Assembly (NCBI GenBank): GCA_964291675.2
Contig: OZ219866.1
Coordinates: 1-64,000, forward strand
Direction of reading: 5' to 3'
From: Alphaproteobacteria bacterium
GTDB lineage: Bacteria > Pseudomonadota > Alphaproteobacteria > MPNO01
Length of the DNA stretch: 64,000 nucleotides
Both the position numbers and the translations under genes were made by a program. Under the pieces are notes generated by a model. That model was not told the DNA's origin and made no database searches. It saw only the letters and a list, made by a program, of their open reading frames with translations. Within the stretch, counting starts at the first letter, position 1; each line of letters opens with the position of its first letter. Below, piece by piece: positions 61,193 to 64,000 of this stretch.

Positions 61193-61276
61193 CTCCGTCC
61201 CGATCCTCGGCGCGCGCCCCGTCCCGGCCCCCGCCGGGGCGGGCCGTTTCCCATTCACCCGTTCGCGGAGGTTGCC

Positions 61277-62017
61277 ATGCCCGACGCCGCTCCCGGCTTC
61301 GACGACATGCCATTGTTCGACATGCCCGCGGCGCCCGCCTCGGTCCGGGAGGCAGCGAGCCGCCGCCGGCTCCAGCGCCGCTTCCTGCGCGCCGGGCGCG
61401 AGGCCGTCGACGAGCGCGATCTGCTGGAACTGCTGCTCTCGGGGCGCCGGTCGGTGGACGATGCCGAGACGCTCGCCGCGAGCCTGCTCGACAGGTTCGG
61501 CACGGCGCCGCGCGTCCTCGCCGCCCGGCCGGACCGGCTGCGCGGCGTGCCCGGCCTGTCGGAAGACGCCATCGCCGTCCTCAAGGCCGCCGAGGCGCTC
61601 GGCATCCGCATGGCGCGGGCCGACGTGCCCGATACCGTGCGCCCGTCCCTCGGCAGCTACGACAAGGTGATCGCGTACTGCCGCGCGCTCACCGGCCACC
61701 GCGAGGTCGAGGAGTTCAGGGTTTTGTATCTCAATCGGAAGAATCGATTGATTGCCGACGAGTGCCTCCAGAAGGGCTCCGTCTGCCACACGCCGGTCTA
61801 TCCCCGGGAGGTCTGCATCCGCTGCCTGGAGCTTCAGGCCAGCGCGGTCATCGCCCTGCATCCACACCCTTCGACCTGCCCAGAACCGTCCCGCGCCGAC
61901 ATCGACATGACGAAGCGCATGAAGGACGCGCTGAAGACCATCGAGGTCACGCTGCTCGACCATCTGATCGTCACGCCGACCGGCGCGGTGAGCTTCCAGA
62001 CGCGCGGTTTGCTGTGA
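61277..62017 (+). CDS. radC: RadC/JAB family protein
   Basis: LLELLL, EEFRVLYLN, VYPREV, HPHPS..PS..D, LLDHLIV. Confidence 0.9.
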   Translation: MPDAAPGFDDMPLFDMPAAPASVREAASRRRLQRRFLRAGREAVDERDLLELLLSGRRSVDDAETLAASLLDRFGTAPRVLAARPDRLRGVPGLSEDAIAVLKAAEALGIRMARADVPDTVRPSLGSYDKVIAYCRALTGHREVEEFRVLYLNRKNRLIADECLQKGSVCHTPVYPREVCIRCLELQASAVIALHPHPSTCPEPSRADIDMTKRMKDALKTIEVTLLDHLIVTPTGAVSFQTRGLL

Positions 62018-62064
62018 CAGGCCGCTGCGACCCTCTTCCACTCTTGCCCGCGAGGAACCCGACC

Positions 62065-62481
62065 ATGCCCGAACCCGCCAACGCCGCCGCATTCGGTCCC
62101 GTGCTCTCCGTCTATACCCGCGCCCAGGCGATCGAGGACGGCATCCTCGTCGACGTCTCCGAGACCGCGCGCGAAGCCGGTTTCAAGATCCCCGTCGCGG
62201 TCACGCGCGGGGTCTGGGACCGACTCATCGCCCTTCCCGACGGCTACCAGGGGTTTCAGGACCAGAGCGGACGTTTGTGGGACGTGCTCTGGATGGCGCA
62301 TTACTACGCGGTCCGCGCCTCGAACAGCGACCGCGTGAGGATGTGCGTGCTGGTGCGCGACATCCGCAAGGACCTGCGCGACAGCAACCGGCCTCCCCGC
62401 AAGCACTTCCCCATCGTGGCGATCGGCAGCGGCGACCGAGGCGAGGCCGTAATCACCATAATGTGGCCGGAGGACGACTGA
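62065..62481 (+). CDS. DUF6573-like protein
   Basis: YTRAQAIEDGILVDVS..AREAGF..GRLWDVLWM..VITIMWPED. Confidence 0.8.
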   Translation: MPEPANAAAFGPVLSVYTRAQAIEDGILVDVSETAREAGFKIPVAVTRGVWDRLIALPDGYQGFQDQSGRLWDVLWMAHYYAVRASNSDRVRMCVLVRDIRKDLRDSNRPPRKHFPIVAIGSGDRGEAVITIMWPEDD

Positions 62482-62483
62482 CC

Positions 62484-62960
62484 ATGCGGATCCTCAGCCC
62501 GGAGCAACAGCTCGAGATCGCCCGCCGCGTCCACGAGACCTTCGACCGTCCGAAGCGCTGGTTCCAGGGAGGGTGGGGGCGCGACGACGACGGCGACGTC
62601 ATCGAGTTCGACGGCGGCTTCCACGTCGTCCACAACGACGAGGTCCGCCACCCGCCCGCCTTCCGCCTCGCCACGCCCGAGAGCCCCCGCTGCTTCTGCC
62701 TCGGCGCCGCCATCCGCATCCACACCGGTTCGATCCTCCACTACGACCCGTCCCATACCGGGGAGGCGACCGAGGCCATGTGCGCCGTCTACACCAGGCT
62801 CGCCGGCATCGACACCGGCGCCCGGGAACGGGACGCGGCCGATTCCGAGCCTCACCTCAACGCCATCATCGAGTGGAACGACTTCGACGAACGTTCCTAC
62901 GCGGACATCCGCGCGCTCACCGCCGCCGTGCTGCGCCATCTCGACGCGCAGCGCTGGTGA
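62484..62960 (+). CDS. DUF6197-like hypothetical protein
   Basis: WFQG..CFCLGAAI..IIEWND..RSYADI. Confidence 0.6.
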   Translation: MRILSPEQQLEIARRVHETFDRPKRWFQGGWGRDDDGDVIEFDGGFHVVHNDEVRHPPAFRLATPESPRCFCLGAAIRIHTGSILHYDPSHTGEATEAMCAVYTRLAGIDTGARERDAADSEPHLNAIIEWNDFDERSYADIRALTAAVLRHLDAQRW

Positions 62961-63032
62961 TCGCGGCTGACGCGCCGCCCGGCCGTATCCCGGCCGCGCG
63001 GCTCCTCAGCCGGGCAGCGCCCCGTTCATGCC

Positions 63033-63299
63033 TCACTCGCTCGCGCCGTCCGACTCCCCGTCCCGGCGCGGACCGCCCCAGGGGTCCGGTATGCTGTGGC
63101 CGCGGCCGAGAGGCCGTCGGAAACACTTCATGCCGCACAGTTCGAGATGGTCCACGATCCTCTCGGCGAACGGCCTGAGACGATCGTGGTCGCCCGGCCC
63201 GCGCTTCTTCGGCCAGAAGCGCTCCGCCTTGCGCAGCGCCATGTCGACCGAGAACACCAGGTCGTCCCGCGACACCGGACAGGTGTGTTTTCTCTCCAT
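63033..63299 (-). CDS. Hypothetical protein
   Basis: DDLVFSVDMALRK..FAERIVDHLELCG; divergent from the SRAP gene. Confidence 0.5.
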   Translation of the reverse strand: MERKHTCPVSRDDLVFSVDMALRKAERFWPKKRGPGDHDRLRPFAERIVDHLELCGMKCFRRPLGRGHSIPDPWGGPRRDGESDGASE

Positions 63300-63374
63300 G
63301 GCGTGCAGGGTGGCATGGGAACATTTGAAGAACAAGAGTGGCAAACCCCCGCCAGTGGGGGTAATGCTATTCCG

Positions 63375-64000
63375 ATGTGCGGTCGCTTCAGCAACCGATT
63401 CACCTGGAAAGAGCTGCACGAGCGGCTCGACCTCATCGGCACGCCCCTCAACCTGCGGCCCCGCTACAACATCGCGCCGAGCCAGGACGTCGCGGCCGTG
63501 CGCGCCGCCGACCCCGGATCGCAGTCCGGGACAGACATCGGGCGCACGCTCTCCATGCTGCGGTGGGGGCTGATTCCCGCCTGGGCAAGAGACCCTGCCA
63601 TCGGCCACAAGCTCATCAACGCCCGCTCGGAGACCGCCGCCGAGAAGCCGTCCTTCCGATCAGCCTACCGGAACCGCCGCTGCCTGATCCCGGCCGACGG
63701 CTTTTACGAATGGCAGCGCCGGGGCGGGACCCGCCAGCCCTGGCTGTTCGGCCTCCGGGACGGCGCGCCCATGCTCTTCGCCGGCTTGTGGGAACGCTGG
63801 ACCGTTCCCGAAAGCGCCGCCCTCACCGGATCGCTCGCGGAGCGCAGCCCCGGCGATGCCGTCGAGACCTGCACCATCCTCACCACCGCCGCCAACGAGG
63901 CGGTGGCGCCGGTCCACGGCCGCATGCCGGTCATCCTGGCGCCGGACGCCTGGGATGGCTGGCTGGCGAGCAGGTTCCCCTCGGACCGTACCCGGCGGAC
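63375..64000 (+). CDS. SOS response-associated peptidase (SRAP/HMCES), runs off the window
   Basis: MCGRF, RYNIAPSQ, WGLIP, INARSET, RRCLIPADGFYEW, HGRMPVIL; possible frameshift near 63965. Confidence 0.92.
   Translation, partial: MCGRFSNRFTWKELHERLDLIGTPLNLRPRYNIAPSQDVAAVRAADPGSQSGTDIGRTLSMLRWGLIPAWARDPAIGHKLINARSETAAEKPSFRSAYRNRRCLIPADGFYEWQRRGGTRQPWLFGLRDGAPMLFAGLWERWTVPESAALTGSLAERSPGDAVETCTILTTAANEAVAPVHGRMPVILAPDAWDGWLASRFPSDRTRR

Overview
GC-rich bacterial accessory region with no core genes. The Calx-beta/cadherin adhesin, hybrid regulator and TbpB-like lipoprotein suggest a marine, possibly sponge-associated, proteobacterium (inference only). Three blocks are visible. (1) 1-28 kb: a decayed mosaic of mobile-element remnants (IS21, IS110/IS1111 end, group II intron relic, IS1634, IS66), one intact IS21, a LysR gene, a GAF-PAS-HK-REC-wHTH hybrid regulator divergent from a 1929-aa autotransporter-like adhesin, ICE-type remnants (topA, DUF6499, AAA ATPase), NADAR, DUF6602 and a RES-Xre toxin-antitoxin pair. 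(2) 28-48.4 kb: a 45-bp tRNA-Met 3' att fragment and tyrosine integrase followed by a defence-like island: HEPN protein, Schlafen/AlbA_2 protein, pentapeptide protein, AbiE, KAP NTPase, a His-Xaa-Ser radical-SAM/MauG cluster, and a lower-GC three-gene cassette centred on a cholera-toxin-like ADP-ribosyltransferase. (3) 48.7-64 kb: an ICE/plasmid leading-region-like array (HU fusion, PAPS-reductase family, AAA ATPase, DUF3150-like, DUF2201/vWA, ParB, GHKL ATPase, RadC, DUF6573, SRAP). The best candidates for an undescribed system are the ART cassette (45984-48352) and the His-Xaa-Ser cluster in a defence-island setting. All family calls come from motif recognition by eye; no searches were run.
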